A DNA stretch of 64,000 bases from Mobula hypostoma. Its lineage: Eukaryota. The notes below the pieces were generated by a model, which had not been told where the DNA came from, did no database searches, and saw nothing but the letters and a program-made list of their open reading frames with translations. Of the stretch, positions 52,279 to 64,000 are shown in pieces. Location of the stretch: NCBI RefSeq assembly GCF_963921235.1, contig NC_086097.1, positions 64,234,001 to 64,298,000 of the forward strand, read 5' to 3'. How positions within the stretch are numbered: position 1 is the first letter of the stretch; each line of letters opens with the position of its first letter. The position numbers and the translations under genes are program-made.

Positions 52279-54590
52279 GTCAGGCTTCGGTACCTCCTAC
52301 TTGATAGTAACAATGAGAAAAGGGCATGCCCTGGGTGCTGGGGGTCCTTAATAATGGACGCTGACTTTCTGAGACTCTGCTCCTTGAAGACATCCTGGGT
52401 ACTTTGAAAGCTAGTACCCAAGATGAAGCCAACTAAATTTATGACCCTCTGCAGCTTCTTCTGGTCCTGTGAAGTAGCAAACCACCCCCCACCCCATACC
52501 AGACAGAGATGCAGCCTGTCAGAATGCTCTCCACAGTTCATCCATAGAGGCTTTTGAGGGTTTTTGTTGACATACCATAATGAAGTATAGTTGCTGTCTT
52601 GCCTTCTTTATAACTGCACCGATATGTTGGGACCAGGTTAGGTCCTTAGAGATCTTGACATCCAGGACCTTGAAACTGTTCACTCTTTCCACTTCTGATC
52701 CCTCTATGAGGATTGGTATGTGTTTCTTCGTCTTACCCTTCCTGAGGTCCACAATCAGCCTTTTCGACTTACTGACGTTGAGTGCCAGGTTGTTGCTGCA
52801 ACACCACTAAATTACTTGGTATATCTCATTCCTGTGCGCCCTCTTGTCTCCACCTGAGATTTTACCAATAATGGTTGTATCATCAGCAAATTTATAGATG
52901 GTATTTGAGCTATGCCTAGCCACACAGTCATGGGTATAGAGAGAGTAGAGCAGTGGACTAAGCACACACCCCTGAGGTGCACCAGTGTTGATTGTCAGCG
53001 AGCAAGAGATATTATCACCAATCCACACAGATTGTGGTCAAGGATCCAATTGCAGAGGGAGGTACAGAGGCCCAGGTTCTGCAACTTCTCAATCAGGATT
53101 GTGGGAATGATGGTATTAATGCTAAGCTAAAGTCGATGAACAGCATCATGACATAGGTGTTCATATTGTGCAGGTGGTCTAAGGCCGTGTGAAGAGCCAT
53201 TGAGAACACATCTGCTGTCAATCTATTGTGGCAATAGGCAAATTGCAGCGGGTCCAGGTCCTTGCTGAGGCAGGAGTTCAGTCTAGTCATGACCAACCTC
53301 TCAAAGCATTTCATCACTGTAGATGTAAGTGCTACTGGGTGATAAGTCATTAAGGCAGCTCACATTGTTCTTAGGCACTGGTATAATTGTTGCCTTTTTC
53401 AAGCAAGTGGGAACTTCTGCCCATAGCAGTGAAAGGTTGAAAATGTCCTTGAATACTCCCACTAGTTGGTTGGCACAAATTTTCAGAACCTTACCAGGTA
53501 CTCCGTCGGGGCCTTCCACCTTGCGAGGTTCACCCTCTTTAAAGACAGCCTAACATCAGCCTCTGAGACACAGGTCACAGGGTCATCAGGTGCAGCAGGG
53601 ATCCTCACAGCTGTAGTTGTGTTCTCCCTTTCAAATCGGGCATAGAAGGCGTTGAGTTCATCTGGTAGTGAAGCATTGCTGCCATTCATGCTATTGGGTT
53701 TCACTTTGTAGGAAGTAATGTCTTGCAAACCCTGCCAGAGTTGTCGTACATCTGATGTCACCTCCAACCTCGTTCAAAATTGTCTCTTTGCCCTTGAAAT
53801 AGCCCTCTGCAAGTCATACCTGGTTTTCTGGTACAGACCTGGGTTGCCAGACTTGAATGCCACAGATCTAGTCTTAGCAGCCAATATACCTCTTGGTTCA
53901 TCCACGGCTTTTGGTTTGGTAATGTATAGCAAATCTTTATAGGCACACACTCATCCACACAGGTTTTAATGAAGTTGGTTAGAACTGCATATTCATCCAG
54001 ATTCAAAGATGAATCCCTGAATATGGTCCAGATCACTGATTCAAAGCAGTCCTGTAAGCGCTCTTGTGCTTTCCTTGTCCATATCTTCTTGGTTCTCATT
54101 ACTAGTGCTGCAGTCTTTAGTCTCTGCCTATACTCGGGGAGTAGAAGTAGAGCCAAGTGATCAGACTTTCCAAAGTGAGGGCATGGAATTGCATAGTAGG
54201 CATTCTTGATGGTGGTGTGACAATAGTCCAGTGTGTTGTTTCTTCTGGTATTGCAAGCGATCTGTTGATGGTAAGTGTTTAGTGAATTTTTCAGGCTGGC
54301 CTGGTGAAAATCCTCCAGAACGATGATGAAGGCGTTAGGGTGCGCTGTTTCGTGCATGTTGATCCCATCGCTGGGATCATCTAAAGCCTGATTGACATTG
54401 GTCTGAGATGGAATGTATACCACTATCAAAATGATCATGGAAATCTCCCATGGTAGGTAAAATGGACGACACATAACTGCGAGATATTCCAGGCCTGGTG
54501 AGCAGAATTGGGACACCACTGATATATTTGTGCACCAAGAGGGGTTGATCATGAGGCATACTCCTCCACCTTCACTTTTGAGAGAATCTA
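52279..54590 (-). mobile_element. Rex-Babar-like LINE, long copy (endonuclease plus RT, frameshifted)
   Basis: ORFs 53758..54552 (CRPFYLP, GKSDH), 53483..53767, 53093..53350 and 52807..53028 (QGCVLSP, KFADDTT). Confidence 0.9.
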
Positions 54591-54647
54591 TAAATCTATA
54601 GAACCTGACAAGGCTCTGCTAAATAAACAGCCATTCTAACCCAGCAT

Positions 54648-55170
54648 ACAGTCAGTGGCCACGTTATTAGGTACACCTGTACAACCCACTTATTTAATAC
54701 AAATATCTAATCAGCCAATCACATGTGGCAGCAACTCAATGCATAGAAGCATGTAGACATGGTCAAGAGGTTCAGTTGTTGTTCAGACCAAACATCAGAA
54801 TAGGGAAGAAACGTGATCTAAGTGACTTTGACTGTGGACCGTTGGTGCCAGGCGGGGTGGCTTGAGCATCTCAGAAACTGTTGATCCCCGGGATTTTAGA
54901 GTTTACAGAGAATGGAGTGAAAAACAAACCAAAAAAAAAAATCCAGTGAGCAGTTTGGTGGGCGAAAATGCTTTGTTACTGAGAGAGATCAGAGGAAAAT
55001 GACCAGACTGGTTTAAACCGACAGGAAGGTGGCGGTAACTAAAATAACCATGTGTTACACAGTATTGTGCAGAAGATCTCTGAACGCACAACACGTCAAA
55101 CGTTGAAGTGGATGGGTTACAGCAGTAGTAGCCTACGAACATACACTCAGTGGCCAGTTTAATAGGTGTC
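54648..55170 (+). mobile_element. Tc1-like non-autonomous element, same family as 27406
   Basis: Colinear similarity to 27406-27947; TIR sequence cagtggccac(g)ttattagg. Confidence 0.8.
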
Positions 55171-55269
55171 TAACGTTGTCACATCTCATCTAGTTACTTG
55201 ATAATAGTTGGAAATATATTATTGTTCCCTCATTATCAACGGCCTTTTTTAAAAAACTGGAACATCATT

Positions 55270-55520
55270 TACAGCACAGTTGAAGAGGTGCAAAAAGGGA
55301 GGGGAAAAAAAGAAAAAAAGTGAGGTAGTGTACATGACTTCATTGCCCATTCAGAAATCTGATGGCAGTGGGGGAGAAGATGTTCCTGAAGCGCTGAGTT
55401 TCTCTCTTCAGGCTCATGCACCTCTTCCCTGATAGCGATAGAAGAGGGCATGTCCTGGGCGATAGGGTCCTTAATGATGGACGCTGCCTTTTTGAGGGAT
55501 CACCTTTTGAGGATGCCCTT
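55270..55520 (-). mobile_element. Rex-Babar-like LINE 3' fragment
   Basis: KKAASIIKDP..PGHAL-type sequence on minus. Confidence 0.7.
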
Positions 55521-56066
55521 CACTCTCTCCTTTTGAAGAGTAGTTAGGGATGTGTAGTAAATACTGACTTTGTCAGAAAGTTCTCTTTTAAAAAGTTAAT
55601 TTAGAATAAAGATTTTATGAGAGAATTGGACATACAGATTCATTTTCATTTCCTTGGAGTTCTCAGCTTCATTCCATCTAAAATGGCTCACAAAGCATGA
55701 TATAGTATTTATTTAAAATGCTGTATCTCTATATTAAATAAAAGTAGCATCACTCAAAAATAACTCAGAGCCATAAACAAGTTATCATACAAGCTCAAAA
55801 ACAAATTTTCCAAATGAACCTACAGCCAATTGAATTGATAGTGATTTTGATTAGCAAGTATTGCCCATTGTATTCTCTGGAGCAGTTGGACTGAATGGGA
55901 GGAACTTCATTCAAAAGCTAATGTAATTTACTGGGAGGTGTTACATAGTAATCATAATATGTCTGAAATAGCTTTTTATGCCCTATCCCTTTATTGCCAT
56001 TAAAAAATAGGCATCACATTGATGGAAAACTTGTATAATCAATTGTCATCATTTGGAAATACATAC

Positions 56067-56125
56067 CTAGCTGGCCCTGAAGGTTCTTCCCTTGCTGACT
56101 TTAAAATGCTCTTAATTACAAGCTC
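56067..56125 (-). CDS. RALGAPA1: RALGAPA1 coding exon (ELVIKSILKSAREEPSGPAR)
   Basis: AAG acceptor, GTATGT donor; 59 nt, phase 0/2, matching the next exon. Confidence 0.9.
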
Positions 56126-57773
56126 CTTTGAAGACAAATACAAAGGGCATCATAAGATTTCCATAATGTTAGCAAATGAGTAAAAATTGGTCAAAAGTAA
56201 CTGCATCTAATGAAAAACATATGTTGAACAGAAAAGTTTTACATCAGAATCCTTATTTAAACAGTTTTCACATATTAAGTATTAAATATTAATGCTTTAC
56301 ATAAATTCAAAACAAATAAATGCCTTTTAAAAAGCAAGGTAGGAACATAAAAACTTAAGATATGCTGATTTGAAACAGTTAATCTCATTTGAGACATTAA
56401 AGAAAAAAATAGTCAAGTCACAGCTATCAAATCATCAACTTTAATTAACAATTAATAATATTTTCATTAAAATATTCACCAGAAGACAAAATAATTGGAT
56501 TCTTTCCTCAGTCAGAATTAAGTACAATTTAGCTAGTTCTTTCGCCACATAGTATGCCAAAAAAATGTGCTGAAAGAAAATCTCATTAGAATTACAATGA
56601 TGCTTCACAACTCAGAGTCCCTAGTGTACTGTGAGAAAGAGGTTTGCAGATAAGGCCAAGTATGTAACTACTTTCTAAATTTCTAAAAAGAACCATTATT
56701 GGAGGTAAATATGCTTTTAAAAAGGTGACCTGATTTGAATATTTGTTTCATAACAATCTTGCTTTTGATGTTAAACACCACATTGGGGTTTGACAAAGCT
56801 TTTTAATGCAGGCAAAATAAATGTCATTTTTCCATCAGTGGCAATTTTCAGCTGGTACCACAGGTCAATGGGTGTACTCCTAAAACATTGATGAGATGCA
56901 ACTACATTGAAGTCTATATTGGACAGGGTAGTGTGTCGCTTCCTCATTCATGTTCCCCATTTACCTTGTCAGAAAATATTGTGTCATCTGATTCCAAAGA
57001 ATTTCTGAAGTAAATATATTAAAGGATCGGAAGCATAAAGACTTAGAAATTAAAATTACACTCATTCATCCTTCATAACTTTTCAGTTCAGATGACAGCT
57101 TCAAAACAAAACAGCAGACAAAAATTCAGTTTAAATCTAAATATAAATATTAGATAACTCAAAAACTCAGAAGAGCAAAACATTATGTTTGGTTTGTATA
57201 CAGTTATTTTAGATAAGAAGTTCTTAAAAAACTCTAAATTGGATAGCTATAATTAGATCAAGGAAAATTAAAAGTTGTAATAATATCATCATGTGGAGCT
57301 AGTTTTGGACATTAAATTGTATTATTCAACCGCCTGGGAAACTAATTTTGTAACTCCCAATTTTACATCACATATTAACACTCTACAGATAAATCACCAA
57401 GCAACATTTCTCCAAATCTAATAAGAATAATCACTTCCCCTTGACATTTAGTAGTTTAACCTATGAAACTGGATCCTGAAGGATCAGGTGACCTCAGAGC
57501 AGATGTGGACTTGGAAAGTTGTTTTCTGAATAATACTTTAGGAATATGTGAATGCTTCTAATCTCACTGCAACTTGCGCTCACGAAATTCAGGCCCAAGA
57601 AGTTGGCTATGTTATATGGGGAATTTAAAACATGCCCAGAATGTAACCTGATAAATAATGGAATTGAGAAAAAATATTATACTATTTCATTGAGTGTTTG
57701 GCAGTAAAAGAGATCTCAGGATGAAACAGAAAATGGTTAAGATATCTATTAACACTTTAACCAGAAATCTTAC

Positions 57774-57899
57774 CTTAACATCATTACATTTTGTGGATAA
57801 AATATCAGTAAGAGAAGGTTGTAACGTAGGGAGGTCATCATATAAATTTGGGAAACAGACTAAAGAACCCAGAAGAATCTGAGCTTCAACTCTTGGTGC
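57774..57899 (-). CDS. RALGAPA1: RALGAPA1 coding exon ([42 protein letters not shown])
   Basis: TAG acceptor, GTAAGA donor; 126 nt, phase 0/0. Confidence 0.93.
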
Positions 57900-58394
57900 C
57901 TACAATGAAACAAGGATACATTTCAAAGTTACAACAAGTGTTATTCCACCTTCATTTTCAAGGACAAAAGGACAAACAACATGATCAATTTTGATTTAAA
58001 ATGTAACAGCGTTCCAATTGTAAAACTGATGCTAATTCATTAAATGAATGGATTATCATGAAATGCTTAAATGTTTTGTTGCAGCACTTTGGATTGGTTA
58101 ATTGACCAATTAAACTTAAAGTTGAAGATTGCTGGAGCATTCCTTCTGTAACTTCATAGTTGCAGAGAGGGTTGTTGCATTCTTCATACAGTTAGTACAT
58201 AATTGAAATAATACTTAAACAGCAATGCAATTGCTCAGCACTCCCTCCATCCCTCATCTCAAATTACAGCCATAACACTTGTTGATATATCTCTATCAGT
58301 TTCCACAAACAGCTAATAAATATTGGCCAGGAGTGGCTTGCAGCTAAGTTTAAGACTTCATTTAACTTTTTTTTATATATTATACACACAAGAG

Positions 58395-61338
58395 TTAAAA
58401 TACCCGATGACAATACCCGATGGGATCGTACAGTATGGCCAAGTGAAACAGGAATTGATATCGGAGGTGAAGGGAATAATGAATTAAAAGTATTGTATAT
58501 GGATGCACGGAGTATAAGAAATAAAGTGGATGAGCTTGAGGCACAGCTGGAAATTGGTAAGCATGATGTTGTGGGAATAACGGAGACATGGCTTCAAGTG
58601 GACAGGGCCTGGGAAATGAATATTCAAGGGTATATGTCCTATCGAAAGGACAGACTGATGGGCAGAGGGGGTGGAGTGGCTCTGTTGGTGAGGAATGATA
58701 TTCAGTCCCTTGCGAGGGGGACATAGAATCAGGAGACGTAGAGTCAGTAGGATAGAACTGAGAAATTCTAAGGGTAGAAAGACCCTAATGGGAGTTATCT
58801 ACAGGCCCCCAAACAGTAGTCTGGATGTAGGGTGTAAGTTGAATCAAGAGTTAAAATTGGCATGTCGCAAAGGTAATGCTACAGTTGTTATGGGGGACTT
58901 CAACATGCAGGTAGACTGGAGGAATCAGGTTGGTACTGGACCCCAAGAAAGGGAGTTTGTGGAGTCCCTCCGAGATGGATTCTTAGAACAGCTTGTACTG
59001 GAGCCTACCAGAGAGAATGCAATTCTAGATTTAGTGTTGTGCAACGAACCGGATTTGATCAGGGACCTCAAGGTAAAGGAGCCATTAGGAGGTAGTGACC
59101 ATAATATAATAAGTTTTAATCTACAATTTGAGGGAGAAGGGAAACTCGGAAGTGTCAGTATTACAGTTGAATAAAGGGAACTATGGTGCTATGAGGGAGG
59201 AGCTGGCCAAAGTTCAATGGAACAATACCCTAGCAGGGATGACAGTGGAACAGCAATGGCAAATGTTTCTGGGAATAATGCGGAAGGTGCAGGATCAGTT
59301 CGTTCCAAAGAGGAAGAAAGATCCTAAGGGGAGTAAGGGGAGGCCGTGGCTGACAAGGGAAGTAATAGACAGTATAAAAATAAAAGAGTAGTAGTATAAC
59401 GTAGCAAAGGCGAGTGGGAAGCCGGAGGATTGGGAAACTTTTAAAGAGCAACAGAAGATAACAAAAAAGGTAATACGCGGAGAAAAAATGAGGTATGAAA
59501 GTAAACTAGCCAAGAATATAAAGGAGGATAGTAAAAGCTTCTTTAGGTATGTGAAAAGGAAAAAAATAGTTAAGACCAAAATTGGGCCCTTGAAGACAGA
59601 AGCAGGTGAATTTATTATGGGGAACAAGGAAATGGCAGATGAGTTGAACAGGTACTTTGGATCTGTCTTCACTAGGGAAGACACAAACAATCTCCCAGAT
59701 GTAATAGTGGCCAAAGAACCTAGGGTAATGGATGAACTGAAGGAAATTTATATTAGACAGGAAATGATGTTGGATAGGCTGTTGGGTCTGAAGGCTGATA
59801 AGTCCCCGGGACCTGATGGTCTGCATCCCAGGGTACTTAAGGAGGTGGCTTTAGAAATCGTGTTCACATTGGTAATCATTTTCCAATGTTCTATAGATTC
59901 AGGATCAGTTCCTGTGGAAGTGGAGGGTGGCTAATGTTGTCCCTCTCTTCAAGAAGGGAGGAAGAGAGAAAACAGGGAATTATAGACTGATTAGCCTGAC
60001 GACGGTGGTGGGAAAGATGCTGGAGTCAACTATAAAAGATGAAATTACGACACATCTGGATAGTAGTAACAGGATTGGTCCGAGTCAGCATGGATTTACA
60101 AAGGGGAAATCGTGCTTGGCTAATCTTTTGGAATTTTTTGAGGATGTACCTGGACTTTCAGAAAGCCTTTGATAAAGTCCCACATAGGAAATTAGTGGGC
60201 AAAATTAGGGCACATGGTATTGGGGGCAGAGTACTGACATGGATTGAAAATTGGCTGGCTGACAGAAAACAAAGAGTAGCGATTAACGGGTCCCTTTCGG
60301 AATGGCAGGCGGTGACCACTGGGGTACCACAGGGTTCAGTGCTGGGACCGCAGCTGTTTAAAATATATATATAAATGATTTAAATGAGGGAATTAAAAGT
60401 AACATTAGCAAATTTGCTGATGACACAAAGCTGGGTGGCAGTGTGAAATGTAAGGAGGATGTTATGAGAATGCAGGGTGACTTGGACAGGCTGGTTGAGT
60501 GGGCAGCTGCATGGCAGATGCAGTTTAATGTGGATAAATGTGAGGTTATCCACTTTGGTGGTAAGAACGGGAAGGCAGATTATTATCTAAATGGAGTCAA
60601 GTTAGGAAAAGGGGAAGCACAACGAGATCTAGGTATTCTTGTACATCAGTCGCTGAAAACAAGCATGCAAGTACAGCAGGCAGTGAAAAAAGCTAATGGC
60701 ATGCTGGCCTTCATAACAAGGGGAACTGAGTATAAGAGCAAAGAAGTCCTTCTGCAGCTGTACAGGGCCCTGGTGAGACCACACCTGGAGTACTGTGTGC
60801 AGTTTTGGTCTCCAAATTTGAGGAAGGACATTCTTGCTATTGAGGAAGTGCAGCGTAGGTTCACAAGCTTAATTCCCGGGATGGCGGGACTGTCATATGT
60901 CGAAAGATTGGAGCGACTGGGCTTGTATACTCTGGAATTTAGAAGGCTGAGAGGGGATCTTATTGAAACATATAAGATTATTAAGGGATTGGACACGCTG
61001 GAGGCAGGAAGCATGTTCCCACTGCTGGGTGAGTCCAGAACCAGAGGCCACAGTTTAAGAATTAGGGGTAGGCCATTTAGAACGGAGTTGAGGAAAAACT
61101 TTTTCACCCAGAGAGTGGTGGATATATGGAATGCTCTGCCCCAGAAGGCTCTAGAGGCCGAGTCTCTGGATGTTTTCAAAAAAAGAGATGGATAGAGCTC
61201 TTAAAGGTAGCGGAATCAAAGGTTATGGGGATAGGGCAGGAACTGGATACTGACAGTGGATGGTCAACCATGATCACAGTGAATGGTGGTGCTGGCTCGA
61301 AGGGCCAAATGGCCTACTCGTGCACCTATTGTCTATTG
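58395..61338 (+). mobile_element. CR1/HER1-like LINE, nearly full ORF2 (APE endonuclease plus RT) with frameshifts
   Basis: ARSIRNK, ITETW, MGDFN, GSDH, SQHGF, KAFDKVPH, QGSVLGP and HLEYCVQFW across ORFs 58493-61195. Confidence 0.93.
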
Positions 61339-61570
61339 ACAACTGCCCCATGTGTATCAACAATGACTAGCTTGATATTCCTTTCAAAAGGTCAGCACAA
61401 CAATGGCAAATGTAGTATAATCAACAATAATTTGCTGAGATAAACCAACTTGAAACAGATACAGCTCAATACATCACACAATTTACTTCCAATGAATCTT
61501 CAGGAATCAATAACTAAAAAAAGCTATAAAATGGGCAAAATACCATTTGGTGACCACTTAAGTGACGTTC

Positions 61571-61952
61571 GGGAGAGGGGGAGAGGGGGAGAGGGGGAGA
61601 GGGGGAGAGGGGGAGAGGGGGAGAGGGGGAGAGGGGGAGAGGGGGAGAGGGGGAGAGGGGGAGAGGGGGAGAGGGGGAGAGGGGGAGAGGGGGAGAGGGG
61701 GAGAGGGGGAGAGGGGGAGAGGGGGAGAGGGGGAGAGGGAGAGGGAGAGGGAGAGGGAGAGGGAGAGGGAGAGGGAGAGGGAGAGGGAGAGGGAGAGGGA
61801 GAGGGAGAGGGAGAGGGAGAGGGAGAGGGAGAGGGAGAGGGAGAGGGAGAGGGAGAGGGAGAGGGAGAGGGAGAGGGAGAGGGAGAGGGAGAGGGAGAGG
61901 GAGAGGGAGAGGGAGAGGGAGAGGGAGAGGGAGAGGGAGAGGGAGAGGGAGA
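61571..61952. repeat. Compound polypurine microsatellite (GGGGGAGA)n then (GGGAGA)n
   Basis: Directly visible; about 380 bp containing only G and A. Confidence 0.97.
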
Positions 61953-62596
61953 CTGTGGCATGTCTGGTGATTTTGTTGTACTGAAGATCATGGTCCTAAC
62001 TGGGGGGCCTTGCTATTGCATTCTTGCTGGGTGGAGAGTGCTGTTGTTTTGTTGCGGAATGGATGGGGGTGGGGGTGGGAGAGGGTCGTTGCTGTGCTGC
62101 AGCTTGTGCATGGGAGGGGTAGTGGGGGGTGTTTGAGGTTCTAATATTTTTAGTGCCACTCATTCTTTGGGACACTCTTCTGTTTTCGTGGATGTCTGCG
62201 AAGAAAAAGAATTTCAGAATTTATATTGTATACATTTCTCTGATATTAAATGGAACTATTGAACTTCCAGTTTCAAAAAGGAATTTGATTACTAGTATGC
62301 TTCAAATATTTGACTTAGACCTGATCAATAAACATGAGAAAACCAATCCACATCAGCTCACTTGATCACTCTAAAATCTTTTGCAAAGAATATTTACATT
62401 TTAAAATTTACTTTATAAATACAACTAATCTTTATTAGTGATTTTATGAATGTGACATTATTTTTCTTGTAAAAAAATCACACTGCAATTTCTGTTTACA
62501 TTGCAATGCAACATTAAGAATCAAACCAGGATTACAAAAGTAGATCATCAGCCTCGTTTTACATCCACTAAAATAGTAATATGCTTAATGACCTAC

Positions 62597-62725
62597 ATTG
62601 AGTGAAGAGGAGAATGTCACTTTGCTTGCAGCAACTATAAAGTCCCAGATTAACATGGTAGCACCAGGCAACCCAATAGAAAAGAACCTTGGAGAACAAT
62701 GTTTGATGATGGTATTCACTATATC
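62597..62725 (-). CDS. RALGAPA1: RALGAPA1 coding exon ([43 protein letters not shown])
   Basis: CAG acceptor, GTAGGT donor; 129 nt, phase 0/0; continues the frame. Confidence 0.93.
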
Positions 62726-63787
62726 CTGGAAAAAAATTAAAAAGCATTGGAACAACTAAATTGGACACAGCTAATTACCCAAATTTATTTAAATCACATA
62801 GCCCAATTCAGATCACTAAATTATGTCTAGTACACTTGAGTTTTAACTTACAAAAAAACTATTGAAGTTTTTTTTTCCATTTTTGGTAGTTTGAGCAGAC
62901 TATTTCAAATTGAGATCTTGTACAATAACAAAATGGTTTTCTGGGCCATTGAGGAATTATGTCAGCTGGTGGTGGAGGGGTTGGGGACGTGAAGGTGCAG
63001 CAGCAACAAAGAGAAACTGTGCAGTTGGTCATAACAGGATCTATCAAAGGCTGAATGTTCTAAATATTTTCAGAAGCTCTTTAAAACTTAAAATACTTTT
63101 GATTTTTCACAAGTGATAATCAATGCCTCCTCAACATCATGACAGAAAAGAAATGCTTACTTCAGTCTCTGCCAACCATTCCCTTCAATGAAATGAATAG
63201 GGAAGTACCTGTTGCCAGATTCAACCTGACATGATGTTTGTATAGATTGCCAACCACTTAGCAGTGACAAATTCTGAGCAGATTCCCAACCCCATGCTGG
63301 ACTTCACAAGTGCAAGGTTGGAACAGATGGCAAAAAAACAGCTACCTTGCGACATGCAGCTTTGCAGATATTTCCCTACAAAATCTGGGCTGTTACAATC
63401 ACATGAATTATGTAAGGCTCGCAAAATATCATCAATTTTTATACATTAGTTTTTGAACAATCATTCACGATATCTTTGCAGTACTTAAGATAACATGTTT
63501 TAAAATTTCCTTTCATTTCTCTTGTCCCAGTTTCAGTTCCACACTATATTTAAGATTGATAATCAAAACCTTGTACAGATGGACGTTTACTCTGGTCTAG
63601 GCCTGACTAACCTCATTTTGAATGCAGTAGAAATCTGTATTTCTATCTCCAATACCAACCTACGTCTTCAAATTTCCAAGATTAGAATGACGTAGCAGGT
63701 TGCAGCATCAACCTGTAAACTTTAAATTTTACAGCTCATATATTGGAAAAATAGTATCAAAGGCATGTTAAGGAGAAAAGTGCTCAC

Positions 63788-63943
63788 CTGATCAGGATTG
63801 AGGAGTCCACTGTGCATAATATTATAGAAGTGAACCAAGAAATCAGAATTGGGTGAAACATCTTGACGGCGCTTCATAATTTTGCAGATAAGCTTATAAG
63901 CATGAAGCTTTCCTTGTTTGTATTTTTCTGGTAATGTTGTTGC
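63788..63943 (-). CDS. RALGAPA1: RALGAPA1 coding exon (first in window; [52 protein letters not shown])
   Basis: TAG acceptor and GTGAGC donor; 156 nt, phase 0/0; peptide matches vertebrate RalGAP-alpha1 as I recall it ([24 protein letters not shown]). Confidence 0.93.
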
Positions 63944-64000
63944 CTAAACAAGGATTAACTTGAGCATTAAACATCAGATTGCGGAAAACAGAATATTTTG

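Noticed and set aside
61450..62136. 228-aa, 155-aa and 140-aa low-complexity ORFs (GE, SP and ER repeats)
   Set aside because: Artefacts of the GA microsatellite, which has no stop codons

Overview
Eukaryotic (vertebrate) genomic DNA. The repeat content (CR1/HER1-like LINEs, V-SINE-like tRNA SINEs, Rex-Babar LINEs, Penelope-like elements) suggests a cartilaginous fish, probably a ray; this is an inference. The window lies inside one large minus-strand gene, RALGAPA1 (Ral GTPase-activating protein catalytic subunit alpha 1). I traced 15 phase-consistent GT-AG coding exons from 63943 down to 7667 (2582 nt, about 860 codons), including the RapGAP-fold domain with its catalytic Asn. The last visible exon ends in a U12 (minor spliceosome) donor, and the next exon appears to lie beyond the left edge. 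The introns are densely filled with transposons, and almost all ORF-track entries are TE fragments or spurious. Highlights: (1) a Penelope-like family carrying minimal hammerhead ribozymes, including an intact one on the pre-mRNA strand inside a hairpin with ~600-bp arms, plus a chimeric junction falling exactly at the predicted cleavage site; (2) a young L1 with an 18-bp TSD and an uninterrupted RT frame; (3) a Tigger element resembling human MER2; (4) a candidate 24-nt in-frame microexon or recursive splice site. TE boundaries are approximate unless TIRs/TSDs are quoted. Family assignments come from recognition of motifs, not database searches.
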